Source: Hemiscyllium ocellatum (Eukaryota). Taken from it: 64,000 nucleotides of DNA. Where the stretch lies: assembly GCF_020745735.1 (NCBI RefSeq), contig NC_083413.1, forward strand, positions 28,892,001 to 28,956,000, read 5' to 3'. Positions within the stretch are counted from its first letter, which is position 1. Each line of letters opens with the position of its first letter. The notes under the pieces were generated by a model. That model ran no database searches. It saw nothing but the letters and a program-made list of their open reading frames with translations, and was not told the origin of the DNA. The translations under genes and the position numbers were made by a program. Shown one piece after another: positions 1 to 12,151 of the stretch.

Positions 1-418
1 TAATTCACCTTGTTGCAGCACAGAAAGCAAATATATTGTCCCTGGATGGTTGAAATTTAAATAGACATAAAATCTGTCTGGCTTTATTAATACTGTGCAA
101 TACTCACAATAGATTTTCCTCTCCGTGCTACACCCTAGTTGTCCAATGGGCTAAAAACAGGAAAGTGTGTCATGGTATCTCTGTTTTAAACTGTATGTGT
201 GGAATTAAGCTGCTGTAACTGTTTGAATTTAGATTCTGCATAAAATGGTACATTAACTCACCTAAGATTTTTTACAGTGGAAGGTTGATGCTCGAAGTTG
301 AAATCTGCTACATGCAGTCGATAAAGAATGAAAATTAAACAAACTATTTCACCAAAACATTTAGACAAAAAAATGCCTTACAACTATCATGGTGCACAAT
401 CTTTTCGCTTCCACTCAC

Positions 419-590
419 CATTTCGTGCACAAAGCAGACGTTTCAGAACTTTGACTTTAATTGAATTGCTGCAGTGAGGAGTTGTAACATAGGTCACAGC
501 TTGTCTTGTCTGCCCTTGGAGAATGATGGGTTCCACAGTCACCTTATACTCACAAGCAAATAAAAGACCAGTGATAACGAAGTGTGTGCC
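419..590 (-). CDS. anos1: anosmin exon 11 (FN3-3, C-terminal half): GTHFVITGLLFACEYKVTVEPIILQGQTRQAVTYVTTPHCSNSIKVKVLKRLLCARN
   Basis: ccctgcag|GGC...AAT G|gtgagt; 172 nt; L.F.C.YKVTV.P and TTP.CS motifs. Confidence 0.94.
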
Positions 591-1579
591 CTGCAGGGTG
601 TAAATAAGTTGCAAGGTGAAGACTAATGCTTTGTTTTCCTAGTTATATTGAACAATGGGTACAAAGAGAAGCAATGAATAAAGCTGAACCACGTGTAATC
701 AATAACACAGGAAATGTAAAAGAAAGCAGTCCTTGCTCTGGCTACATTGTTAAGTTTCTCATACATGAATTGTTAGTTTCAATAATTTTAAATGCATAGA
801 TGATCCCAACTGCAGGTTACACTGACATTTAGCTTTCTAGGAAAAGAGCCAAGTTTGTGTGTTTAACGTCTGCATTAAGCAAGGCGCCAAATGATAAAAC
901 AACTTGTATTATGAAATTTGGAGATGAAGGATAAGTTGAGTCTAAAGGACTTCCAAAATCTAAAAATGCAAAGCTGTTATAATCAAATTTAATTTATCTA
1001 AAAATTTCATTGTTTTTCTTTCCAACAAATAAACTGCAAAGAATGTATGTGTTCAAAACTGTTTCAGTAACAATTCCTTACTGAAATTGCCATTACTTTA
1101 AATTATTTTAAAATGTGTTTTAGACATCAAATCAAAGTAGTTGGACTCAAACCACAAGTTTATAAAGTTCATACTATTAAAAATGTCTTCAGATTAGATT
1201 TTATTCTAACCAATTTAACCTGGTTACAGATTCAGATAAAAAAGATTTCAAAGTGAAAAGCAGTCTTTTTTTGAAGGGATTAGGAAAAAAATTATTGATT
1301 TGTAGCTGGAAAACAGGGCAGTTCGAGTTTTTGAGTTCAGGGAAAGGTATCAGTAGCAGAAGGGTCCAACATAAATCAGAAAAATGACCTGCAGCATCTC
1401 CCTTTCTCTTTACCAGTGACCAATGTAAATGAAGTACCATCCAACCAATCCTCCTACTGAATAAAGCATATTGCTGGAGATGGTAAAGGAAGAGAGCGAG
1501 CTAAACATATTGGGTGGGAAAAGGATGGAAAGCCAGTAGAAATCCGAACATTCCTGAAATGGTCACCATTAACATATAA

Positions 1580-2110
1580 ATATAGAAAATGGAAGCAGGA
1601 CGGGTTATTTGGTTTGTCAAGCCTGCTGCACCATTTACTATAACCATGGCCGATCATCCAACTCAATACCCTGCTCCTGCTTTCTTCCTATACCCTTTGA
1701 TTCCTTTAGCTTTCAGGACCATATCTAACTCTTCCTTGAAACATTCCATGTTTTGACCACAGCTACTTTCTACTTGCAGAGAATTCCACAAATTCACTAA
1801 TCTTTCTCCTCATCTCAGGACTAAATGGCGTTCTTTGTAGCCTTACTATAACTCTTGGTTCTGGACTCCCTAGCCATCAGAAACTGCATTTATCGTCTGG
1901 TCCTGTTAGAATTTTATAAGAGTCCATGAGTTTACCACCTCCTCCCAGTATTCTTCTAAACTCCGGTGAATATAATCCAAATCGATCCAGTCTCACTTCA
2001 TACATCAGTCCTGCCATTCCCAGGAATCAGGGAGCCTTGATTGCACTCCCTCCATAGTCAAAACATCTTTCCTCAACTAAAGAGACCAAACTGCACAGAA
2101 AACTCCAGAC
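1580..2110 (-). mobile_element. CR1-type LINE 3' fragment, degenerate
   Basis: Reverse-strand similarity to the CR1 RT C-terminus and 3' UTR seen in other copies in the window. Confidence 0.7.
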
Positions 2111-2436
2111 ATCTTGACCCACAAATTTAATTGAACTTTTTGAGGAAGTGGCAGAGGGATGCTAGATGAGGGTAGGGCGGTGGATGTAGTTTACATGGAC
2201 CTTGCTGAAACATTTGGTAAAAAGGACCCTCATGGTAGACTGGTCCAGAAGATTAAATCACATGTGATCCATTGTAAATTGCTTTTTTGGATATGATATG
2301 GAAGAAACATGATATTTGTGGAGGGTTGTTGTCTGTGACCAGTTGTGTTCCAAAAGAATCAGTGCTGGATCTTGTATTTGTAAGATATATAAATGATTTG
2401 GGAATGAAAATGTAGGTGGTCCGATTAGCAAGCTTC

Positions 2437-2518
2437 AGAGAAATTGAGGATTGCAGGTGTTGGAGATCAGAGTCAAAAAGTGTGGCACTGGAAAAGCACA
2501 GCAAGTCAGGGTGCCTGA
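2437..2518 (-). mobile_element. Penelope-derived short element fragment (3' tail) nested in CR1
   Basis: Matches the reverse complement of the 3' part of 54438-54563; imperfect flanking duplication ccgattagcaagctt / ctgattagtaagttt. Confidence 0.7.
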
Positions 2519-2688
2519 TCTGATTAGTAAGTTTGCAGATGATACAAAAATTGGTGGAGCTGTGGATACTGAGGAAGGTTTCAAAGTTTATAGTAGGATA
2601 TAGATCAGTTGGAAAGTTAGATGGAGAAATGAGTTTACAGACAAGTGTGAGGTGATATATTTTGGGAACTCAAATAGAAGAGACAAGT

Positions 2689-3436
2689 CTGGATGCAGGT
2701 TTGCTCGCTGAGCTGGAAGGTTCATTTTCAGATGTTTCATTACCATGCTAAGTAACATCTTCAGTAAGCCTCCAGATGAAGCATTGCTGATGATTCCTGC
2801 TTTCTATTTATATGTTTGGGTTTCTTTGGGTTGGTGATGTCATTTTTGCAGTGATGTCATTTCCTGTTTTTTTCTCAGGGGGTGATAAATTGTGTCCAAG
2901 TCAATGTGTTTGTTGATATAGTTCCAGTTGGAATGTCATGCGTCTAGGAATTCTCGTGCGTGTTTCTGTTTGGCTGGTCCTAAGATGGATGTGTTGTCCC
3001 AATTGAAGTGGTGTCCTTCCTCATCTGTATGTAAGGATATTAGTGAGAAAGGGTCATGTTGTTTTGTGGCTAGTAGATGTTCATGTACCCTGGAGAATTC
3101 CTAGAAGTACAGCATTCCAACCAGAACTCTATCAACAAACACATCGACTTGGATCCGATTTACCACCCCCTGAGACAAAGAACAGGAAAGGACATCACCA
3201 TGGGCCATGACATCACCACAGGAAATGACATCACTGCAGGAAATGTCACCACCAACCCAAAGAAACCCAAAATATAAATAGAAAGCAGGAATCATCAGCA
3301 ATGTTTCATCCGGAGGCTCACTGAAGATTTTACCTAGTATGATGACAAAACATCTGAAAATGAACTTTCCAGCTCACTTCAAGCAAACCTACATCCAGGA
3401 CCTCAACCTGAGCTACAAATCTTCTCAAATCTCACT
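2689..3436. mobile_element. Penelope-like element remnant, inverted (fold-back) pLTR structure with GIY-YIG endonuclease C-terminus
   Basis: Arms ~2689-2955 and ~3093-3398 are reverse complements. Minus strand 3085-2895 reads HEHLLATKQHDPFSLISLHTDEEGHHFNWDNTSILG...REFLDA*HSN..INKHIDL; the plus arm reads EFLEVQHSNQNSINKHIDLDPIY. Confidence 0.88.
2731..2764 (-). ncRNA. Hammerhead ribozyme-like motif (Penelope pLTR), partly degenerate
   Basis: CTGAAGA-T-GTTAC-ttagcatg-GTAAT-GAAAC-ATC; a mirrored, more decayed copy lies at 3321-3356 (+). Confidence 0.6.
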
Positions 3437-4769
3437 AAGAAAAAAGTACACAGTAAATGGCAGGACCCTTGCGAGCACTGATATATGACAGGATCTTGGG
3501 GTGCAAGTCAATAGCTCCTTGAAATTGGCAACACAAATGGATAAGGTGGTAAAGAAGGCATATGGCATGCTTGCCTTAATTGGTCAGGGTACTCAGTATA
3601 AAATTTGACAAGTCATGTTGCAACTGCATCAGACTTTAGTTAGGTTTCATTTGGAGTTTTGTATGTGATTCTAGATGCCACATGAAAGGAAGGATGTGAG
3701 ACTTCTGACAGGGTGAAAAAGAGGTTTAGCCTGGCTTAGAGTGTATTAGCTAATAGGAGAGATTGGATTGGTTTTGCTGGAATGTCAAAGGCTAAGGGAG
3801 AGACCTAATAAATATACAGGTATATGAAATTGAGAGACATGGATAGGGTGGATAGTATTTTCCCAGGGTGGAAATTTCAACTACAAAGAGGCATATGTTT
3901 AGAATGAGAGGGGGAGAGTTTAAAGGAGATATGCAAGGCAAGTTTTTTTCTAAACACAGAGGGTGTGAAGTGCCTGGAATGCACTACCAGGGGAGGCAGT
4001 AGAAGCAGATACCTTAGTAATGTTTAAGAGGCATTTAGGCAAACACATGGACAGGCAGGGAATAGAGGGGTATGGACCATGTTCAGTCAGATGGAATTAG
4101 TTTAGAATGGTATCATGGTCTGTTCCTGTGCTGTGCTGTTCTATTATGAATAGTTGGGGTCCAAGTACTGATCCTTTAGGTAATTTTTATTGAAGTGCAT
4201 TCTTACTTTGCTAATCTCATATTGGCTTTCCCAAGATTCTTAATGAATCATATACATTAAAATGATATACAAGCCGAAGTTCTACACTTTTAGCTTCACA
4301 CAATAAGTTTCTTTTATCGATTGTGCATGTTGTGATTGTCACATCGGCAATGACAATTAGAACTATCAACATTTTCCTTCATCACTGATCAACTTTCAAG
4401 CCCTCAAAATCTACTAGACTACTTACACTAACGTTGTTCCCTATTCTCAGGATTGTTCCTACTGATAATATCTAACATCGACCTTGTTATAAACTGCAGT
4501 GTGTGCTTATTTCAATAACTACTGGTGCTCCATTCAGCAACTCCCTTATGAAATGGAAGTGATATGAATTAAAAGTTCAACTTTTTTTAAAAAAAAACAA
4601 GAATGGCTGAAAAATGCTTTTGCAGGTCAGGGAGAAGAAAGCAAGTAGCTGAAAGTTTGGTATGATGAGCTGACTGCCAGTGGAAAGACTCACTTTAACT
4701 TGGGGCAGAGTTTGAAACATGTCTTCAATAAATACTGACGAGTTAGATGAGGGTGTTGAATATATCTTC

Positions 4770-5390
4770 ATGGTACCTTACAGCATGGAAACAGACAATT
4801 CGGTCCAATTAGCCTACACCGACTATGTTTCCAAATTAAACTAGTTCCACTTACCTTAATTTGGCCCATATCCCTCCAAACCTTTCCTATTCATTTACTC
4901 ATCCAAATATCTTTTAAATATTCCATCTGCACTTGCATCTGCCACTTCCTCTGGCAGTTCATGAACTATTCTAAGTGTAAAAAAAGTTGCCCCGTATAGC
5001 CTTTTAAAATCTTCTCTCACTTTAAAAATATGTCGCCCCACTCTGGAGATAAGACCCTTGTTATTCACCTTGTATATGTTTATCATGATTTTATAAAGAG
5101 CTGAAAAATGTGTTGCTGGAAAAGCGCAGCAAACAGATGATTTTATAAACCTCTATAAAGGTCACCTCTCAAATTTCTCTGCTCCAATGAAAAAAAATCC
5201 CAGCCTATTTTTATAACCTTCCATTCCCAGCAACATCCTGGTAAATCTTTTCTCAACCCTCTCCACCTTCCCATAACAAGGCGACCAGAAATACACACAA
5301 TACTCCAGAAGAGGCCTCACCAAACTCCTGCACAATCTCAACATGATGTCCCAACTCCTATACTCAAAGGTCTGAGCAATGAAGGCAATT
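4770..5390 (-). mobile_element. CR1-type LINE 3' fragment
   Basis: LVRPLLEYCVYFWSP / ERVEKRFTRMLLG in ORF 5162..5344. Confidence 0.85.
5098..5136. mobile_element. 39-bp Penelope-derived micro-insertion with 13-bp TSD
   Basis: gagctgaaaaatgtgttgctggaaaagcgcagc matches the start of the 7045 element; ATGATTTTATAAA is duplicated at 5085-5097 and 5137-5149. Confidence 0.85.
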
Positions 5391-5549
5391 GTTTTGCAGG
5401 CTCATGGCAAGATGAAGTCATTGCGGTGTTTTTTTAAATAAGTATTTCTTGTGGGGCTAAATCTTAAGTTCTTTTGGCTTAGCGTCCATTTCATCAAGTT
5501 TTTTTGGAAGGATTCTCACCTGACAGGGTGACTCACTGTATCTTTTCTT

Positions 5550-5690
5550 TCACTTACTCACAGAATGTGGGCATTGCTGGCTGGCCAACATTTTATTGTC
5601 TGTCCCTAGTTGCCCTTGAGAAGGTGATGGTGAGCTACCTTCTCGGACTGCTGTAGGTGAACCTACAATGCTGTTAGTTGCAGGATTTTG
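5550..5690 (-). mobile_element. 3' end of an L2-like LINE (same tail as the adjacent SINE)
   Basis: Reverse complement resembles 6100-6160 and 37110-37220. Confidence 0.6.
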
Positions 5691-5797
5691 ACTCAATCTT
5701 GTCCAACTTGCCTCATTAACTACTTATCCACATCTATGGAATGCCTCTCATCAGATTCTAATCCCATCTTACCATGGACTGTTCTCATTCACAAATG

Positions 5798-6163
5798 AGG
5801 CAGGTGATGGCCTAGTGATATTATTGCCAGACCAGGACACTCAGCAAATGCTCTAGGGACCCAGGTTCAAATCCCACCATGGCAGATAATGGAATTTGAA
5901 TTAAATGTTTTAAAAAATCAGGAATTAAGGATCTGATGGCCATGAAACTACTGTCAATTGTCAGAAAAACCCATCTGGTTCACTAATGAAAACCTACCAA
6001 CAACAGGTCTGTCTACACATGACTCCAGACCCATAGCAAGACGATGGACTCTCAACTGTCCTCTGAAATGGTTTAGCAAGCCACTCATTTCAGGAGCAGG
6101 AGGGACAGGCAATAAATGCTGACCAGCCAACGATGCCCAAGTCCCATGAATGAATAAAAAAAT
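5798..6163 (+). mobile_element. tRNA-derived SINE, SacSINE1/DeuSINE-like
   Basis: A box TGGCCTAGTG, B box GGTTCAAATCC, central ctggttcactaatg...catgactccagaccc, tail cccatgaatgaataaaaaaa. Confidence 0.75.
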
Positions 6164-7044
6164 ACACAAATTATCAACAATCCTGGTAGCAGCACCATCT
6201 TCAGAAGGTTAATGTGCACCTGGACACTTTGTCTACTGAGTTGCCCAGCACCACTTGTGACAGATGTAGCAGACAACTAAAGCTTGGCATCCTGCTTTGT
6301 GTGCAAAAGCAAAGAGGTCCCAGTCGATAAATTGGTGCAGAGGTGGGATGTCCTTCTCTCAAAAGGATGACAATGGAGGCCATGACACCAAACCATGCCA
6401 GTGTAGTCTGAGGTTGTCACCCAGGTCAGTGCAGTCTCTGCTGTCTGGAGGAAAGCCCAGCAATGTAAGTGGGTCAATGTCCTTCTGCATTCTTCTCATG
6501 TAAGTACCACCATCTTCTCTTCAATACCTCACACTCACTCAATTTTTGGAACTGTATCAACCTCCCACCAAGGCGCATGATCTACCACTCTCACAACTGC
6601 TTGCAACATTTCCCAACTGACTCTCACTCACTTCAAACACTGACAGCTTCTTGTACTGCCCATCCACTTGCATGTGACACTCGCCCCTCCCCCACCCCAC
6701 CATTTGCACCAAAACATCTGTTCTACAATCTTCCATTTGCCTTAATACTTGTCTCTCCTTCCAAGAGGCAGGAAAGAGTCAAGAGGGGTGGTGGACTGCC
6801 CTGACAGTCAGCTCGTCACCCCTTAACTGGGAGCATCCTGACTTTGACGGTTCCAAGCAGCTAAATTACTGGAGGTCTGCCCTTGGCTTAATGTGCCAGA
6901 ACTCACGACCGAAAGCTATCTCTGTTGACTTGACTCTCTGGCATCTCTGGCTGAGAAGGCAAAGCATAAAAGCAGAGATAAGGCATGGCATTAAGGCAAT
7001 GCATGCCAGGATGCTGTGGGCATCCAGACAGGCTCAAAGTGAAT

Positions 7045-7253
7045 GAGCTGAAAATGTGTTGCTGGAAAAGCGCAGCAGGTCAGGCAGCATCCAAGGAACA
7101 GGAAATTCGACGTTTCAGGCATAAGCCCTTCATCAGGCTTATGCCTGAAACGTCGAATTTCCTGTTCCTTGGATGCTGCCTGACCTGCTGCGCTTTTCCA
7201 GCAACACATTTTCAGCTCTGATACTCCAGCATCTGCAGACCTCACTTTCTCCT
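7045..7253. mobile_element. Young Penelope-derived fold-back element with 16-bp TSD
   Basis: 7045-7127 and 7136-7218 are essentially perfect reverse complements; 35-nt tail at 7219-7253; CTCAAAGTGAATGAGC at 7033-7048 and 7252-7267. Confidence 0.92.
7109..7136 (-). ncRNA. Minimal hammerhead ribozyme core
   Basis: CTGATGA-A-GGGC-ttat-GCCT-GAAAC-GTC on the minus (anosmin pre-mRNA) strand; the helix I 5' strand is disrupted by the fold-back junction. Confidence 0.7.
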
Positions 7254-8707
7254 CAAAGTGAATGAGCACTATAACAGCAAAGAGCCCAGATATGCAGTCT
7301 GGTCCATACGATGATTTGGCTGTGTTACCTGAGTGCACAGTGCCCTTGCCACAGTATTGCAATAGTAGTTGCCATTGTTTCCTGAGGTGCAGCATTGAAG
7401 TGCAGAAGCATACTTTAAGTAGGTTGGAGACATGCCAAAAGAATTACTACAGGCTGGCAAACATCAGATGCCAATGCCCGTGGAAGTGTGGTGCACCTGG
7501 CCATGGGCCATTCTCTTAGATATTCTTGCCTGGTGTCCAACATTGAGGTTCTTTGGAGCAAGCAATGAACTTAAGTGACCAGGTTCATGCTCTAATTTGC
7601 ATCTGAACAGTTCAATACATCTACTTTGCTCCGTGGATTAGATATGATAAGATAAGAAGCTGCATATTAGTGAGATGTGATGTGTAGTTAATACGGTTAT
7701 CATTGAGCAACAATCCTCCTCAATAGGCAGCACATACCCTCCTCATAAGAATCTTGCCTTGACATTCAGCAATTGTATAAAAGATGCAGTGGGTTGCTCC
7801 TGATATCAAGATAGACCTCGCTGGACCTCTCGTGTGAATCTGCCACATTTTTGATCACAGCCCACATTGTCTAGGCCCTTACAGGATTCTACTCAATATT
7901 TTCCTTATCTCAGCAAACTGTTAATATTATTTAGAAGCTCGATGGGACCAATAATATACATGCTATCTCCTCAACCTCAAAAACAATATGGCAGTTTGCC
8001 TGTATATGTGGCAGAAGAATACAATTGGAAAAAGTGGCATTTTTCACTTAACATTGAAGCCAGTGACCAGCATTAATAAATAATTTACTTCACCAGTTCA
8101 CTAACTCCTCTGTCAGCATGAGAATGATTGATGCTTATCCCATGTTTGTTAAATCATGTTGTATGATAGGTTTCAGCGAACAGGCAGCTCATCTGTACTT
8201 TATTATAAACAGATGCCAACTTCAAACATATTATATAAGTAACATTACTGCCTGCAGTTTCATTGTAAATCATGAAAAAAACCAATGCTTTTGATAAATA
8301 TCCAACCAGGAACTACCCCTACACAACGTTCAAAACACTGCAAAGCAAAATTAACTACTATTTTTCTAAAAATTCTGGTGTTTCCCACATTTCTGCCAAT
8401 AAATTATGAGAACCCTCATAATTCAAGGGACTTTTTTCCCTTGATGCAATCTGTCAAATAGATTGACATTTAATGATACTTGTCTTCAGAAGAAATATTA
8501 CACCTTGATTCATAGGCAAAACATTCAGGGGAAAAGAAAGAGAAGGTCAACTAGATGAGACAAATAGGGATTGATTGAATTCCAACTAAACATTTGTACT
8601 GGAATTTATTGAAGGGTCAGTCACAATACTCTACATGGGAAAACCACAACTAAAATAGATTTTACTTCGTCTATTTCTACATTGGCTGAAGATGCTTTGT
8701 AAAATAA

Positions 8708-8892
8708 AAGTTAAAAAGCACACAACATCAGGTTAGAGTCCGATAGGTTTATTTGGAAGCACTAGCTTTCAACGCATTGCTTCTCCATCACCTGAAGAAG
8801 TGCTTCCAAATAAACCTGTTGGACTATAACCTGATGTTGTGTGATTTTTAACTTAGTTCACCTCAGTCCAATACTGGCTCCTCCAAATCATG
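8708..8892. mobile_element. Penelope-derived fold-back element, family 2
   Basis: Arms 8708-8763 / 8799-8854 are inverted; tail 8855-8892; flanks tgtaaaataa / tgtaaagtaa; same family as 50854-51075. Confidence 0.8.
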
Positions 8893-8984
8893 TGTAAAGT
8901 AACTTTTAATTAAAATGCTGAAAGAAAATTATACTCATTATCACAAGTGTATTCGCAACTTTCACAATTCATATGCAAGCAAGT

Positions 8985-10330
8985 CACAGAGTCAGAGAGT
9001 CATACAGCACTGAAAGACCCTTAGGCCCATCAAGTATGCACTGACAGTAACTATCACTAAAGACATGCCAATTCCAATTTCCTGCATTTGTCCCATTTCC
9101 TTGAATGTTATATTTCAAGTGCTCATCCAAATATGTTTTAAAGGTAGTAATATTTCTAGTCTCCACTACCTTCCCAGACTCCCACCATCCTCTGAGTGAA
9201 AAAGTTTTTTTCTCAAATTTCCTCTGAATCTCCTGGCACTTACCCTAAAACTATGGCCCCTTGTGATTAACTCCTCAACCAAAGGGAACAGATGCTCCCT
9301 ACTCACCCTATCCATAACTCTCGTAATTTTATTCACCTCAGTCATGTCTGCTATAAAGAAAACAATGCAAGCCTATCTAGCTTCAGCTTATAGCTTAATT
9401 GCTCCATCCTGGTGAACCTCCTCTAGTGCTATCACAATCCTTCCTGCAGTGAGGTGACCAAACTGTACACAGTGCTCCACCTGAAGCCTAACTAATGTTC
9501 TGTATGACTCCAAAAATGACTCCTCGCTCTTATACTCTATGCCATGACTGATGAAAGCAAGTGTCCCACATGCCTTCTTAACTATCCTATTCATATACTT
9601 TGACGATTTCAAGGATCTGTGAATAATTACTCCAAGATCCTTCCGTTCCTATAAGCTATCCAGCGTCTTGCCATTCATTAAACACTCCCCCATCTTATTT
9701 CTTCTTCCAAACTGCATCACCTCACATTTATTAGGGTTAAATACCATCTGCCCCTGCTCTGTCCAACTGACCAACCATCTATATCTTCCTATAATGTACA
9801 ACCATCTCTTCACTATTAACCACTCTATCAATCTTGATGTCATTTCCACACTTGCTTCATATTCCCATCTATTTAACAAACAATAAGGGTCCCAGTACCG
9901 ATCCTTGTAGTACACTGCCGGACACTAGGCTCCAGTCACTCAAGCAGCCTTCTACTATTACCCTTTGTATTATGACGCCAGTTTCTGATCCATCACACCA
10001 AGTTTTCATGAATTCCATGTGCTTTAAATTTCTCAGTCAATCTCTCATGTCAAAAGCTTTGCTAAAATTCATATAAACTACATCAACTGAACTTTCCTCA
10101 ATCACACACTTGATCAAGTTTTTGAAAAATTCTAACAAATGTGTTAGGCATGATCTCCCTGCTGACTATCTCTAATTAACCCAGGTCTTTCCAAGTAGAT
10201 ATTAATTCTCTCCTTCAGAATTCTCTCCAATAGATCCCCTACTACTGATGTGAGACTCACAGGTCTGAAATATTCTGGTTCATGTCTACCATCCTTCTTG
10301 AAAAGTGGAACCACATCAACCACCCTCCAC
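8985..10330 (-). mobile_element. CR1-type LINE RT/3' fragment
   Basis: QMVFNPNKCEVMQFG, IVKKACGTLAFI and LYDSLTL tail in the ORF track. Confidence 0.88.
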
Positions 10331-10853
10331 TATGAACAGAACCAGTGAGCTATATAACAATGCCATGTGCACTCTTCTCAGCAAAAACAAAAATCACTAA
10401 TTCACAAGACTCCTGTTGAGAAAAAAAAAATGGCTCTTTGGATAAGCCATAAAAGCTTCAATTAGATCATTAAGGCATCAACAACTGAAGCTTTAAATAC
10501 TTCACACCTATTAACTTGGTTCAAATAAACTCAGACATTAACAAAAACGATTGAAGAAATAACAACATATTAGAAACCTTGAAATTGTCAATCAAGCAAA
10601 ATTAACAATTCACTTCACTTGTGAAAAAGATGCATTGTTGAGCTAATGTTTTTATTGGTCTGAACTCTCAGTCAAGCCTGTGTAATGGGGAGAAATGGAA
10701 ATCAAAATGGCATAAATCCAGATCCTGAACTATTCTAGCCTCAGTTTTATTTTGCAGGTAACATGTCAGTGAAACATTGACTAAAGGAATAAAAGGACAT
10801 TATTATTTAGTATATTGGCCAAAGTTATGCTGTATGTTTCAGAAATTCTTTCT

Positions 10854-10975
10854 GTAGTGTTAGGTGAAGGGGTAAATGTAGGGGAATGGGTCTGGATGGG
10901 TTGCGCTTCGGCGGGTCGGTGTGGACTTGTTGGGCTGAAGGGCTGTTTCCACACTGTACGTAATCTAATCTAATC
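10854..10975 (+). mobile_element. HE1-type SINE 3' fragment
   Basis: gtcggtgtggacttgttgggc...gtttccacactgt followed by (TAATC)n. Confidence 0.85.
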
Positions 10976-11313
10976 AAATGCAGTACTCTGTTTAGATAGA
11001 ACATTTTTATAAATTACATTCACACTGTTTCTCTCTTCACAAATGATGGACAGAATCTTTCATGCTTGAAAGGCATCAGGACTAGAGGTGGAAGTGAACA
11101 ATTATTCAGGATGTGGTGCATGAGAATCTCATCATCTCTAGACTTTGCCCAAATTAAGTTCTGGATGGGAAAACCCAAGATCCATCGACATAAACTGCTA
11201 AATTAACTTAGGGACCTTATCGCACCTGATCTACAATTATTTCAGCACTGGGGTGTGTGGGGTGAGAAAGAGCTAGCCTATCTGTCTGGTGAACCAGTGA
11301 AAGTAGGTTATTG

Positions 11314-11317
<4 letters not shown>

Positions 11318-11347
<30 letters not shown>
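11318..11347 (+). repeat. (TG)n microsatellite
   Basis: About 15 TG units. Confidence 0.97.
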
Positions 11348-11348
<1 letters not shown>

Positions 11349-12056
11349 GGGGTGGAGTTGGCGTTCAACTTTCACTCATCTGTACACATTCAAGGGATCC
11401 TACTTGGGGCAGGTCAGTGGCTACCAAGCACCACCCCATCTGCCCATCTGACCACTCCTTTGCCATTCTCCCAGTGGCCTCCACTCTGCAAACAACACTT
11501 GACTTTCACATGGTTGTTCCTCCATCCTGAGAGTCCACGACAGTGTTGTATTGTATCAGCAGTAGCCACGGTCTCTGTTATGCTACTATCAGGTTCTGCA
11601 GCTGTCTGATTACTAGAAGATCCAACAGACATTCGTATCTTAATAGGCTGTGGATTCCCTATTCTGAACTTTCCACTTCTGTACTTAGTCTTAAAGTGGG
11701 AAAGTACTTCCCATTATGTTTTCAAAATTTCCTGTTGTAATCATAAATGAATGTTTTGTTTTCTCTGGTGCAAAATAAACATGTTTAAATCAATGTAAAA
11801 TACATAATTAAGCCAATCAGAAACTACATAAGACACAAGATTCCTTTTGAAATGTTATTTGGTTCTAAAAATGTTTTTGTAACAAATGAAGTATGTGGAG
11901 ATCGATGTTGCAAATCTAACTCATTTAATATGAAGTTAAGTACTGATGAGACAATATGGTTTTAATAAAAACATTTATTTGAATAAATATATTTTTTAAA
12001 AATGTCTTACAGTCTATTTTTACATTACTTAGAAACTAAGCAGATTCATTTCTAAC

Positions 12057-12151
12057 CTTTACAGTTGCATGTCGCTGTATTTGTGAATTGTTCTTGGCAC
12101 AGGATTCTGGTACCCATGTTAATAGGTAGAGATTGTGATCCTTAAGACTTT
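12057..12151 (-). CDS. anos1: anosmin exon 10 (FN3-3): ESLKDHNLYLLTWVPESCAKNNSQIQRHATVK
   Basis: ttttcctttgttccaccag|AA...AAG|gttaga; 95 nt; Y...W.PE.CA.N motif. Confidence 0.92.

Larger units (their letters stand above)
2125..4145 (+). mobile_element. CR1-type LINE RT/3' fragment interrupted by two Penelope-derived insertions
   Basis: YMD, KFADDTK (aagtttgcagatgatacaaaa) and 3' end cctgtgctgtgctgttctat. Confidence 0.85.
6170..7860 (+). mobile_element. Decayed PIF/Harbinger-like DNA transposon remnant (Myb-like ORF fragment), host of the 7045 insertion
   Basis: ~6390-6500 reads TMPV*SEVVTQVSAVSAVWRKAQQCK followed by gtaagt, resembling the Harbinger Myb/SANT partner protein; ~7455 reads GKHQMPMPVEV. 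Heavily degraded. Confidence 0.4.

Noticed and set aside
3188-3251. Short ~18-bp tandem repeat (gacatcacca...) that could suggest a CRISPR-like array
   Set aside because: No spacers; it is an internal repeat of the Penelope pLTR in a vertebrate intron.
6985-7395. Mirror ORFs on both strands encoding the same peptide (MCCWKSAAGQAASKEQEIRRFRHKP)
   Set aside because: Artefact of the DNA palindrome; the same applies to ORFs 23331..23657 and 38284..38628.
11255-11609. ORFs with VCVCVC repeats
   Set aside because: Translation of the (TG)n microsatellite.
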